Part shown: piece after piece, positions 9,004-18,744 of the stretch
Layout of the letters: every line of letters begins with the position of its first letter
How positions within the stretch are numbered: the stretch's first letter is position 1
Assembly (NCBI GenBank): GCA_041740815.1
Contig: JBGSLG010000082.1
Location: 5,990 to 69,989, forward strand
Direction of reading: 5' to 3'
Origin: Bacteroidales bacterium
Lineage (GTDB): Bacteria; Bacteroidota; Bacteroidia; Bacteroidales; VadinHA17
Length of the DNA: 64,000 nt
Notes under the pieces: generated by a model
Database searches by the model: none
The model's input: the letters and a program-made list of their open reading frames with translations, nothing else
What the model was told of the DNA's origin: nothing
Translations under genes and position numbers: made by a program

Positions 9004-10518
9004 ATGCCATTTATTCCTTCGGTCATTAAGTGGATAAACACTAAGAGAGTCTCACAAATCGAGCTCTTCAGGAGATACCCTGCGGAAAGCCAGGAGGAGG
9101 TCCTTTTACAGCTTATTGCACGCAGCCGCGATACAGTGTGGGGAAAGGAACACGGCTATTCATCCGTTTCAACTCACCAGCAATTTACCGGTAACGTACC
9201 CATCCAGTCCTATGAGGAGCTGATCCCGTACGTGGAAAAACTCAGGGCCGGAGAAAAGAACCTGCTGTGGCCCGGGGAGGTCAAATGGTTTGCAAAGTCC
9301 TCCGGCACAACAAGCACTAAAAGCAAGTTCATACCCATCACCAGGGAATCCCTTGAAGGAACACATTACCGTGGCACCAAAGACTGTATAGTGCTCTACA
9401 CAACATACAATCCTGCAACCAGGCTGTTCCTTGGCAAGGGCCTGACACTCGGAGGCAGTCACCAGATCAACAGCTTCAGCAATAACTCGTTATACGGAGA
9501 CCTCTCCGCCATACTGATTGAGAACGCCCCGGGGTACTCTGACCTGATACGCACCCCGCCGGCACGCATCGCGCTCATTGAGGACTTTGAGGAGAAGATG
9601 AAGATGATCACCGAAAAAACGGTGGATATGAACATCACCAGCATCTCCGGCGTACCATCATGGTACCTTGTCCTGATCAGACATATCCTGAAGACAACCG
9701 GTAAGGAAAACCTTCACCAGGTTTGGCCCAACCTCGAATTATTCTTTCATGGCGGCATCAGCTTTGCTCCGTATCGCGAACAATACAAGAAACTGCTTCC
9801 TGACCCTAAGATGCATTACATGGAGACATACAATGCCTCCGAAGGCTTCTTCGCCATACAGGATGACCTGTCAGACAGCTCCATGCTGCTGATGCTGGAT
9901 TATGGAGTTTATTATGAGTTCATCCCGGCAGATAAGATCGGCACTGACAACCCCCGTACTCTTACAATTGGCGAAGTTGAAAAAGGTGTGAACTATGCCC
10001 TTATTATATCGACCGATTGCGGGCTGTGGAGATATGCCATCGGAGATACTGTTGAATTCACCAGCCTCTTTCCCCACAAGATTAAAATAACAGGCCGGAC
10101 CAAACATTTTATCAATGCCTTCGGCGAAGAGGTCATAATTGACAATGCCGAAAAGGCCCTCGAGAAAGCATGTCTTGGCACCGGAGCACATATAATTGAA
10201 TATACTGCCGGCCCGGTATATATGGGGAGTGAAACGCGCGGCAGCCACGAATGGGTGATTGAGTTTGACAGGGAACCGGAAGACATGGACCATTTCATCG
10301 AAATTCTTGACACCACACTCAAAGCCATCAACTCTGACTACGAAGCCAAAAGATACAAGGACCTGACCCTTGTAAAACCGGTGGTAAGGGTTGTACCAAA
10401 GGGAACCTTTTACAAATGGTTCAGGGAGAGGGACAAGCTCGGCGGACAGAACAAAATGCCCCGGCTCTCAAACAGCAGGGAATTTATCGAGAGCGTCCTG
10501 AAAACCGCCGGCAGATGA
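9004..10518 (+). CDS. GH3 (auxin-responsive promoter) family acyl-acid amido synthetase-like protein
   Basis: 504 aa. FAKSSGTTSTKSKFIPIT (acyl-adenylate P-loop-like), YNASEGFFAIQD, GLWRYAIGDTVEFTS and the length all fit bacterial GH3 homologs. Confidence 0.8.
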   Translation: MPFIPSVIKWINTKRVSQIELFRRYPAESQEEVLLQLIARSRDTVWGKEHGYSSVSTHQQFTGNVPIQSYEELIPYVEKLRAGEKNLLWPGEVKWFAKSSGTTSTKSKFIPITRESLEGTHYRGTKDCIVLYTTYNPATRLFLGKGLTLGGSHQINSFSNNSLYGDLSAILIENAPGYSDLIRTPPARIALIEDFEEKMKMITEKTVDMNITSISGVPSWYLVLIRHILKTTGKENLHQVWPNLELFFHGGISFAPYREQYKKLLPDPKMHYMETYNASEGFFAIQDDLSDSSMLLMLDYGVYYEFIPADKIGTDNPRTLTIGEVEKGVNYALIISTDCGLWRYAIGDTVEFTSLFPHKIKITGRTKHFINAFGEEVIIDNAEKALEKACLGTGAHIIEYTAGPVYMGSETRGSHEWVIEFDREPEDMDHFIEILDTTLKAINSDYEAKRYKDLTLVKPVVRVVPKGTFYKWFRERDKLGGQNKMPRLSNSREFIESVLKTAGR

Positions 10519-10593
10519 AATCTTTTTATTAACAGACAGATCTTCGCCCTCCCTTTTTCCTATATTTAGACTCAGATTTAAACTGTTAATTTT

Positions 10594-11208
10594 ATGCACA
10601 TAGCTATAGCAGGAAACATCGGATCAGGCAAGACAACACTGGCCGGACTGCTCTCGAAACATTACGGCTGGCAGGCTCATTATGAGGAGGTGGATGAGAA
10701 TCCCTACCTCAATGATTTCTATGAGGATATGCAGAGGTGGTCTTTCAACCTTCAGATATACTTTCTGAACTCACGCTTCAGCCAGGTTCTCGAAATAAAA
10801 AAGGCAAAAAACACAATTGTCCAGGACCGCACAATATATGAAGACGCATATATTTTCGCTCCAAACCTCCATGCGATGGGGCTGATGTCTACACGCGACT
10901 TTGAGAACTATTTCACACTCTTCAAGCTGATGAGCTCACTCGTGGAACCGCCTGACCTGCTTCTCTACCTCAGGGCTTCGGTGCCAACACTTGTCAGCCA
11001 GATACAGAAACGCGGACGGGAATATGAAAGCTCTATAAGGCTTGACTATCTCAAGAGGCTGAATGAGCGCTATGAGGCCTGGATAGAATCATATAAGTTC
11101 GGCAGACTGCTTGTGCTTGAGGCCGACTATTACGACTTCCCCGAAAATAAGGAGCACCTCAGCGAAGTCATTGACAAGATCAACGCCGAGCTGCACGGTC
11201 TCTTCTGA
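10594..11208 (+). CDS. Deoxynucleoside kinase
   Basis: 204 aa. IAIAGNIGSGKTTLAGLL P-loop, NPYLNDFYEDMQRWSFNLQIYFLNSRF, DRTIYED. Confidence 0.85.
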   Translation: MHIAIAGNIGSGKTTLAGLLSKHYGWQAHYEEVDENPYLNDFYEDMQRWSFNLQIYFLNSRFSQVLEIKKAKNTIVQDRTIYEDAYIFAPNLHAMGLMSTRDFENYFTLFKLMSSLVEPPDLLLYLRASVPTLVSQIQKRGREYESSIRLDYLKRLNERYEAWIESYKFGRLLVLEADYYDFPENKEHLSEVIDKINAELHGLF

Positions 11209-11231
11209 AAAAATTCAACTTATTTTCAGGC

Positions 11232-11258
11232 AAAAACCAGCCTCAGTGATGGTTTTTT
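11232..11258 (+). terminator. Weak A/T-rich hairpin after the kinase gene
   Basis: aaaaacca-gcctcagtga-tggttttt gives an 8-bp stem running into a T tract. The stem is AT-rich, so it is weak. Confidence 0.3.
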
Positions 11259-11260
11259 CC

Positions 11261-11268
11261 TAAATTTG
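11261..11268 (+). promoter_or_regulatory. -7 box (TAaaTTTG) upstream of the M16 peptidase
   Basis: taaatttg lies 46 nt upstream of the ATG at 11314. Confidence 0.4.
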
Positions 11269-11313
11269 AGTGTAATAAGTCGTGTCAATGTCTCTAAATA
11301 CTAAAATCAACTA

Positions 11314-14124
11314 ATGATCATGAAAAGATTTCTTGTTCTCTCATTGCTCATTGCCGCTGTTCTGTCAGTGACGGCACAGAACACTGCCGACAACACTATT
11401 CCGGTTGATCCTGCATACCGGATCGGAAAACTCGATAACGGCCTCACCTACTACATCAGGCATAATACAGAGCCTGCAGGCAGGGCCAGCTATTACATCA
11501 TCCAGAATGTCGGAGCCATACTTGAGAAGGACAGCCAGAATGGCCTGGCCCACTTCCTTGAGCACATGGCCTTCAACGGAACCGAAAATTTCCCGGGGAA
11601 GAGCCTTCTGAGCACCCTTGAACGCCATGGCGTAGCCTTTGGCTACAACATAAACGCCTACACCAGCTGGGATGAGACAGTATATAACCTTAGTGATGTG
11701 CCGGTGGATAAGCCGGGCCTGATTGATACCTGCCTCCTGATTCTGGCTGACTGGTCTGACTACCTTACACTGGCCGAGGATGAGATAAATAAGGAAAGAG
11801 GTGTGATCATCGAAGAGTGGAGAAGCAGACGTGATGCCTCCTGGAGGATGATGACACAGATGCTGCCAGTTTTGTTTGAGGGATCACAGTATGCTACAAG
11901 AGATATCATTGGAGATACTGCTGTACTCAAAAATTTCAGTCCTCAAACCCTGCGCGACTTCTACCTGAACTGGTACCGCACTGATCTGCAGGCTATTGCC
12001 GTGGTTGGTGATATTGATGTCGATGCCGTAGAAGCAAAGATAAAGGAGATCTTCTCTACGATTCCGGCCATCGAAAACCCGGCACCGAGACCTGAAAACC
12101 TGCTGGTTCCCAAAGTGGGAACAAAATACCTGCTTATCACAGACCCCGAGGCTTCTGAAACTTCTGTCAGCCTGATTACAATCGACCGTGACCCTGATAA
12201 GGCACCCAGAGATATGAAGTATATCCGTGACGGCTATGTAATTGCCCTGATGAACAACATGATGAGAAACAGGTTCAGTGAGATCGTGCAGAAAGGCACC
12301 CCCCCATTCATCAACGGATCTCTTGGTTACGATTCTTTCCTGGCCAGGAATTATAATGCACTCACACTCTCAGCAACCGTACGCGAAGACCAGGAGAGCA
12401 AAGCCCTTGAAGCTGCGCTGACGGAGCTTGAGAGAGTCCGGCAGCACGGTTTTACCAAGGGTGAACTGGACAGGGCTAAGGCAACCATGCTTGCCAACTT
12501 CGAGAACAGGTACAAGCAGAAGGACAAGATCAGCAATGACTCATGGGCATCTTATATCCGTGACCACTTCCTTACAGGTGAGCCTATCCCCTCCCTTGAT
12601 GTACAGTATGAATACTACAAACAGATCCTTCCTCTTATCACCCTCGAAGAGGTCACGGCAAGGCTGAAGGGCCTCATTTCCGGCGATAACAGCTTCATAA
12701 TAGTTGAAGGCCCGGATGACAGAAAGCATCTTTCAGAAATAGAGGTGGCGGATGTGGTCTCAAAGGTCCAGGCAGCAAAGATAGCCCCATACGAAGATAT
12801 CACCGGCGGGACAGACCTGATAGGCGAAACCCTGCCGGGAGCAGCGGTGATCAGCACCATCAGCCTGCCCCTGTTCAGCGCTACTGAATGGACCCTGGCA
12901 AACGGGGCAAAGGTAGTCTTCAGGCATGCCGACTATGAAAAGGACAATGTTACTGTATCTGCATTTGCTTATGGCGGATCATCACTGTATCCCGACTCTC
13001 TTGTTCCGTCAATCACACTTTTCCCTCAGATCATTTCAATGTACGGAGCAGGTGAGTTTGACAACGTTGCCCTGACAAAGATGCTGGCCGGCAAGAAGGC
13101 TTCCGTGTCGCTCGGGCTGCAGGAGACGTTGCAGACAATAACCGGCTCATCAACGCCAAAGGACTTTGAGACCATGATGCAGCTCCTTTATCTTCGCTTC
13201 GCCAGACCTAACTATAACAAGGAGGCTTATGATGCTATCATCGGCCGCTTTACTGCGGTGATCACCGCCATGCAGAAAAACCCTAACAAGATTTTGTCTG
13301 ACAGCCTCTCAATGAACATGACCGGATACCATCCCCGCACCTTCATCATGACTCCTGAGTCAATGAAGCTCATCAGCTATGATAATGTGAACCACATCTA
13401 TGAGACGGCCTTTGACGATGCATCTGCATTTACATTCTTCATCACAGGTAATGTGGAAGAGCAGGTTGCGCGTGATATGGCTGCGAAGTATATCGGCTCG
13501 CTACCCTCAAAAAATATCACAGAGACATGGAGGGACCTTGGAATTGCCCAGCCCGATGGCACCGTACGCAAAGAGATCGCCATCCCGCTTGCAGTACCCA
13601 AGGCAACTGTAGTAATGAACTACACTGCCGGCATGAAATTCAACCCGAAAAACAACCTGATGATGGATGTTCTGAAAGGCATCCTCGACCTTATCTATAC
13701 TGAGAAAGTAAGAGAGGAAGAAGGGGGTACCTACGGTGTCAGCACCAACGCCACATCGTATAGGATACCGGTTGAGAAAGCTGATTTTCTCATAGCGTTC
13801 GAATGCGACCCGGCAAGGGCTTCGGACCTTAAAGAAATAATCTACAGAGAATTACAGGAAATTGCCAGCAACGGTCCTTCACAGGTTAATCTGGACAAGA
13901 GTGTAAGCAACCTCCTCAAAACACGCGAGGAGGAGAAGGAGCACAACAGCTACTGGGCAAGCACGGTCGCCAACTATTATCTCTACGGTATTGATGGCAA
14001 TGATGAGAAAAATTATGCCGGAATACTCAACAGCCTTACTGTGAAAGACATGAAAAAGATGGTTAAGAAATATCTTGCAAAGGCTGATCTGCTTGAGCTG
14101 GTCTTTGTGCCGGAGAAGAAATAA
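11314..14124 (+). CDS. M16 (pitrilysin/insulinase) family zinc peptidase, secreted
   Basis: 936 aa. Signal peptide ..SVTA|Q. Inverted zinc motif HFLEHMAFNGT (HxxEH). Two-halves M16 length. Confidence 0.85.
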   Translation: MIMKRFLVLSLLIAAVLSVTAQNTADNTIPVDPAYRIGKLDNGLTYYIRHNTEPAGRASYYIIQNVGAILEKDSQNGLAHFLEHMAFNGTENFPGKSLLSTLERHGVAFGYNINAYTSWDETVYNLSDVPVDKPGLIDTCLLILADWSDYLTLAEDEINKERGVIIEEWRSRRDASWRMMTQMLPVLFEGSQYATRDIIGDTAVLKNFSPQTLRDFYLNWYRTDLQAIAVVGDIDVDAVEAKIKEIFSTIPAIENPAPRPENLLVPKVGTKYLLITDPEASETSVSLITIDRDPDKAPRDMKYIRDGYVIALMNNMMRNRFSEIVQKGTPPFINGSLGYDSFLARNYNALTLSATVREDQESKALEAALTELERVRQHGFTKGELDRAKATMLANFENRYKQKDKISNDSWASYIRDHFLTGEPIPSLDVQYEYYKQILPLITLEEVTARLKGLISGDNSFIIVEGPDDRKHLSEIEVADVVSKVQAAKIAPYEDITGGTDLIGETLPGAAVISTISLPLFSATEWTLANGAKVVFRHADYEKDNVTVSAFAYGGSSLYPDSLVPSITLFPQIISMYGAGEFDNVALTKMLAGKKASVSLGLQETLQTITGSSTPKDFETMMQLLYLRFARPNYNKEAYDAIIGRFTAVITAMQKNPNKILSDSLSMNMTGYHPRTFIMTPESMKLISYDNVNHIYETAFDDASAFTFFITGNVEEQVARDMAAKYIGSLPSKNITETWRDLGIAQPDGTVRKEIAIPLAVPKATVVMNYTAGMKFNPKNNLMMDVLKGILDLIYTEKVREEEGGTYGVSTNATSYRIPVEKADFLIAFECDPARASDLKEIIYRELQEIASNGPSQVNLDKSVSNLLKTREEEKEHNSYWASTVANYYLYGIDGNDEKNYAGILNSLTVKDMKKMVKKYLAKADLLELVFVPEKK

Positions 14125-14950
14125 AATCACTTATTACCCGGCCCATCTCAGCGCTGTGGGTTCGCCTGTTGTCGACCAGGTCGATGTAACCGGCACCGCT
14201 TATCTGCCTGGAAATATCCATGCCCTCGTCATGGCTGTGGAACCTGTCCTTTGAGGCAACCACAACCAGTGCGGGTACAGTTATCTCACGAAGGCATTCG
14301 GTCATACGGTATCTGCTGAGGTCTCTTATTGCACGGCCGGTACGGACCGGTTCTGCCGAGTCAAGGATCCTGCAGTTAATACGATACATCTCGTAATCCT
14401 CTGCAAGATTAATGCGAAAATTCCTCAGGTACCACTTGAGGAGCGGTTTCACCGGATAGTATACTACCCTTGCTGCCCTTGCAAGTAAAAGCAAAAAGCC
14501 CTGAAACGGGAAGGAACTGTTCGGCTCAATAAGAATGATCTTCTCAGGCTTGTTCTCAAGTAACGGAAAGGCCTCTGCTATGGCTGTCGCCCCCAGTGAA
14601 TACCCTGCCATGACATACCTGGACCCCGGGGGGAAGGTCTGACCGGCAAAATGAACCAGGTCAGAGGCAATCTCCTCAACATTGAACCGGTGATTACTCG
14701 TGATTACCGCACTCTTTTTTTCCCTGGTTTCAATATAGTAAACCGTGTGATTCCTTGTCAGTTCAATTACCGTCTCCCTGAAGTTCTCAATAACTGAGGC
14801 CAGTCCCGGAACAAAAATCACCGGCGGAGCATCAGCCGGTTCGGGAGGCGTGAATATAACAGTCAGCAACTCCACCCCTGTCTGAAGTGGAGAATATTTG
14901 ACCTCATAGGTTGCCCCCGCATGACAGAAGTCAGAGTAATCGAAATCCAT
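14063..14950 (-). CDS. Alpha/beta hydrolase fold protein
   Basis: 295 aa. Nucleophile elbow GYSLGA, PVIFVPGLAS oxyanion region, late HSHDE. The 3' end overlaps the M16 gene by 62 nt. Confidence 0.7.
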   Translation of the reverse strand: MDFDYSDFCHAGATYEVKYSPLQTGVELLTVIFTPPEPADAPPVIFVPGLASVIENFRETVIELTRNHTVYYIETREKKSAVITSNHRFNVEEIASDLVHFAGQTFPPGSRYVMAGYSLGATAIAEAFPLLENKPEKIILIEPNSSFPFQGFLLLLARAARVVYYPVKPLLKWYLRNFRINLAEDYEMYRINCRILDSAEPVRTGRAIRDLSRYRMTECLREITVPALVVVASKDRFHSHDEGMDISRQISGAGYIDLVDNRRTHSAEMGRVISDFISSPAQRPAQADQPLQDIS

Positions 14951-15105
14951 TGAATAAATTCTTCAGGGTATAAATAATTTCACAATGATACTAATATTCT
15001 CAATTTTCAGGACTTAATTGGGTGAACTGCTGACAAATCAGTCAAATCTGCGTAACTTGGTCTATAATAACGGCACCCGGTGAGGCAGCCAACCTGACAT
15101 AAATT

Positions 15106-15876
15106 ATGAAGCTGGGAATCATTACTGATATCCATGAAAATGTAACAATGCTTGAGGCTGTCCTGAAGCTTGCGGAGGCCAACGGATGTGATGAGCTTGC
15201 CTGCCTGGGTGACATAACAGGGTATGACCGCAGATTCTATAACTACCACTTCCGCAGAAGCGCCAGGCAATGCATTTCACTCATTCGGTCAAACTGCCGG
15301 TGGGTAGTGGCAGGTAACCATGACCTTCATGCGGCAAACAGGCTCCCCTCCTGGTCAAACGGCTTCAAATACCCGGAAAAATGGTTTCAGATGGCCCCCG
15401 CTGAGCGAAGAGACGCCGCTGCAGGATCCGTATGGTCATTTGAAGGGGAAGACCCGAATGATCTGGGAGAGGAGGAAATATCATACCTGAATATTATTCC
15501 TGAATATGTTATTCTGTCTGAGGTCAAGGCAACTCTTCTTCTTTCACACTATGTCTGCCCCGACTTCACAGGCTCAACCACACGCTATATTGAAAGGCAC
15601 CGTCACCTGAATGAACTGTGGAAATTCATGAGCCATCACAAAATCCTGTTTTCCTTGTCAGGCCATTCGCACAAACGAATTGCATACTTCTCGCACCGCG
15701 GACCAATACCATTCCTACGGGCTGTTCATCCTGTTCCCAACGACAGGATCTTTCTCGGTAATGAAATGACGATGATCCTGTTGCCACCGCTCACCGGGGG
15801 CAACGGAAGAACGTCATTTTCGGTTCTTGATACAGACACCGGAATGCTATACCTGATTCATGAAAAAGTCACTTAG
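15106..15876 (+). CDS. Calcineurin-like metallophosphoesterase
   Basis: 256 aa. MKLGIITDIHEN, LGDITGY, VAGNHD, SGHSH motifs (D-x-H / GD / GNH[DE] / GH). Confidence 0.75.
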   Translation: MKLGIITDIHENVTMLEAVLKLAEANGCDELACLGDITGYDRRFYNYHFRRSARQCISLIRSNCRWVVAGNHDLHAANRLPSWSNGFKYPEKWFQMAPAERRDAAAGSVWSFEGEDPNDLGEEEISYLNIIPEYVILSEVKATLLLSHYVCPDFTGSTTRYIERHRHLNELWKFMSHHKILFSLSGHSHKRIAYFSHRGPIPFLRAVHPVPNDRIFLGNEMTMILLPPLTGGNGRTSFSVLDTDTGMLYLIHEKVT

Positions 15877-15885
15877 GAGAATAAT

Positions 15886-18744
15886 ATGAAAGAGCGAGCT
15901 CCAAAAGGTAAAAGAAAGATATTTCTGCTGAAGATTGACCTGCCTGCCATGCTGGCCATTATACTTTTTGCGGGAATGATATTCCTCTACCTTATACCGG
16001 CTTTTGAAAAGGTCATGATGGACCGAAAGAGGAACCTGATCCATGAAATGACTGCATCAGTCTACAGCCTGCTCGAGTATTACCACACGCTGGAGCAAAA
16101 CGGTGACCTTGAACAATCCGAGGCCCGGAAACAGGCAATGGCAGCTGTCAACACAATCAGGTACGGTCATGACCTGAAGGACTATTTCTGGATAACCGAT
16201 AAGGTTCCTGTAATGATAACTCATCCATACAGACCTGACCTCAACGGACAGGATCTCTCAGGGTTTTATGATTCGAAGGGCAAGGCAATTTTTGTTGAGT
16301 TTGTGAAAGCCGTTGCTGATGACGGAGAGAGTTATGTTGAGTATATGTGGCAATGGAATGATGATTCTACCCGCGTTGTTCCGAAATTGTCCTATGTAAG
16401 GTTGTTTGAGCCCTGGGAATGGGTTGTAGGCACCGGGATATATGTGGAGGATGTCCGGACGGAGATACGCAGGATGGAAATCAGAACTCTGGCAATTTCC
16501 GGGGTTTTCGGCCTCGTCATTTTTGCTCTCCTGCTTGCCATCTCACGGCAGAGCCATAAGATAGAACAGAAGAGGAGCCTGGCTGAAGAGGAGCTCCGCA
16601 AATCGAGAGAGCTCTACAGAACACTGGCAGAGGCAGCATCAGAGGGGGTCATAATATGGTCAGTTCAGGGACTCAGGGCAAATAAGACGCTGCTTTCATG
16701 GATCGAACTTAGTGAGGAGGAGATATTGAACCGGCCTCTGACAGATATACTTAGCTCACAGAGTATCAGTGATCCGCATGATCCCGGGAAATTATATGAG
16801 GAACTGTCATCCCGGCAATTTGTCGGGTGCATGCTTAAAACAAAAACCGGAAGAGAGATTTCCTGCCATGCCGATCTGTCAAGAATAACTCTCGGCGACC
16901 TTAATGCAGTGCTTATCGTTGTCCGTCCTGTCAGCAGCCTGTCGTCAACCTCCGGAATAACCCTCCCGATATCGCTGCTTGAGAACACCGCGACAGGGTT
17001 CTTCCGTTTAACCTTTGGGAAAAAACCAAGGTTCATTCACGCTACGGCACCGTTGATAAACTGGCTCGGCTATTCAAACATTCAGGAATTGCAATTACAT
17101 CACTTCGAAACAATTTTTGCTGATCCTCATCAATATGAATACGTCAGTCAGATGCTTGTGGCGAGGAATGGTATTTATAATCATAATGTTATTCTCAGGA
17201 GAAAAGACGGTAATGAGATACGGGCATTGTTAACGCTCGTGGTTACTGACCCCGGAACTGATGAAATATGGAGTGACGGAAGTGTCGAGCTGCTTGTGGC
17301 CCCGCTGTCTGCCACCGGCATTCCTTCTCCCGGATATGAGGCCTTTGGTGCCCCCTACATAAGTGATGTGCCTGTGTCTGCAATCATGAAGCCCGCGGTT
17401 ACATGCCCGGAGAATACCACCATCACACGGGCTGTGACACTGATGAAAGAGAATGATTCAAGCGTGATCGTGGTCCTGAACAGTACCGGGGAACCAATGG
17501 GTGTGGCCGATGCCGGAAGCATCGGATTCGGCATGGCAGAGGGTGCTTCGGCTACCTCTGAGATCTTCAGGTTCATGCATGCGCCACCAGCGTTTGTCAG
17601 TGAAGATGCAAAGATCACCGTTGCAATAGACAGGATCAGGAACAGTTCAGGGTGCCTCCTCGTAATGACGTCAGAAAACAGGCTTGCAGGTGTGATCACC
17701 AATGATGAGCTGGCCCATGCCTCCACAATGACCCCCGGATTGATCATGAATGATATTTCCAAGGCAGGCTCTGTCAACAGCATCAAAAAGATCTGGCAGA
17801 ACAGCCGTAAGGTCTCACTGTCAATGCTTGCCGGCCATGCAGACCCTTATTCGGTCTCTCTTCACATCTCTTCCGTAGCCGATGCAATATGCAAGAGGGT
17901 GATCGATTTGTGCATAGATACTGCAGGAGTGCCTCCATGCCGGTTTTCATTCATCCAGACAGGCAGTGCGGGACGAAGAGAACAAAGCTTTCTGACAGAC
18001 CAGGATAACGCCATTATTTTTGAAAACCTTGCGGGAGATAAGCTGCATGCGGCTGAAGAATATTTCCTGGCACTCGGGAAGAAAGTAAATGAAATGCTTG
18101 ACCAGATCGGCTTTCGTCTCTGCAAGGGAAATAACATGGCCGGAAATCCGAAATGGTGCCAGCCTCTTGATAAATGGAAGGGCTATTTTTCAGACTGGAT
18201 AAGGATCCCAGGCCCATCGGAGATCCTGGATATAAGTATTTTCTTCGACTTCAGACCCTGTTACGGAGATGACTCGCTCAGCAATGAGCTGAGGGAATAT
18301 GTTAAAACCAGCCTCCGGACAAGTGACATCTTCTTCTATCATATGTCGATGGCGCTGAGACAATTCAATCCCTCCCGGACCGCCCTCTCAGAAGAGACAA
18401 CCGACATCAAGAAGATCCTCATGGCACTTACCGGTGTTATCCGGCTCTATGCCCTGAAACACGGTCTTGACGGACTCTCAACCGTTGACAGAATAATTGA
18501 GTTGCATGAAGGAAAACATATCAGTCATGAGCTCCTTCGCGATGCCTTGAGGGCATGGAAAAATCTCGCATATATACGGCTCTCGCACCAGGCATACTGC
18601 ATCAGCAGCGGCAGAGAGCCGGATAACAGGGTCGATTTTAAGTTACGGCACTCAGATATGCTATTACTGGCATCCGGTGCAATTGAAGATATAAATAACC
18701 TTATGCTGAAGGCCGGCAATGATTTCCACACCGTGACAATTTAA
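15886..18744 (+). CDS. Membrane sensor: sCache-like, TM, PAS region, CBS pair, DUF294 nucleotidyltransferase, DUF294_C
   Basis: 952 aa. Cache motif YFWITDKVPVMITHPYRPDLNGQDL...YVEYMWQW...PKLSYVRLFEPWEWVVGTGIYVEDV between two TM helices. CBS pair (VSAIMKPAVTCPENTTI... / ..AFVSEDAKITVAIDRI..LAGVITNDEL). NTase core FSFIQTGSAGRREQSFLTDQDNAIIFEN. C-terminal GNPKWCQPLDKWKGYFSDWI...IFFDFRPCYGD. Confidence 0.75.
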   Translation: MKERAPKGKRKIFLLKIDLPAMLAIILFAGMIFLYLIPAFEKVMMDRKRNLIHEMTASVYSLLEYYHTLEQNGDLEQSEARKQAMAAVNTIRYGHDLKDYFWITDKVPVMITHPYRPDLNGQDLSGFYDSKGKAIFVEFVKAVADDGESYVEYMWQWNDDSTRVVPKLSYVRLFEPWEWVVGTGIYVEDVRTEIRRMEIRTLAISGVFGLVIFALLLAISRQSHKIEQKRSLAEEELRKSRELYRTLAEAASEGVIIWSVQGLRANKTLLSWIELSEEEILNRPLTDILSSQSISDPHDPGKLYEELSSRQFVGCMLKTKTGREISCHADLSRITLGDLNAVLIVVRPVSSLSSTSGITLPISLLENTATGFFRLTFGKKPRFIHATAPLINWLGYSNIQELQLHHFETIFADPHQYEYVSQMLVARNGIYNHNVILRRKDGNEIRALLTLVVTDPGTDEIWSDGSVELLVAPLSATGIPSPGYEAFGAPYISDVPVSAIMKPAVTCPENTTITRAVTLMKENDSSVIVVLNSTGEPMGVADAGSIGFGMAEGASATSEIFRFMHAPPAFVSEDAKITVAIDRIRNSSGCLLVMTSENRLAGVITNDELAHASTMTPGLIMNDISKAGSVNSIKKIWQNSRKVSLSMLAGHADPYSVSLHISSVADAICKRVIDLCIDTAGVPPCRFSFIQTGSAGRREQSFLTDQDNAIIFENLAGDKLHAAEEYFLALGKKVNEMLDQIGFRLCKGNNMAGNPKWCQPLDKWKGYFSDWIRIPGPSEILDISIFFDFRPCYGDDSLSNELREYVKTSLRTSDIFFYHMSMALRQFNPSRTALSEETTDIKKILMALTGVIRLYALKHGLDGLSTVDRIIELHEGKHISHELLRDALRAWKNLAYIRLSHQAYCISSGREPDNRVDFKLRHSDMLLLASGAIEDINNLMLKAGNDFHTVTI

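Noticed and set aside
9871-10331. Minus-strand ORFs of 140 and 112 aa inside the GH3 gene, and similarly 17355..17786 inside the sensor gene.
   Set aside because: They are antisense to strongly supported long CDSs, and their composition is typical of shadow ORFs.
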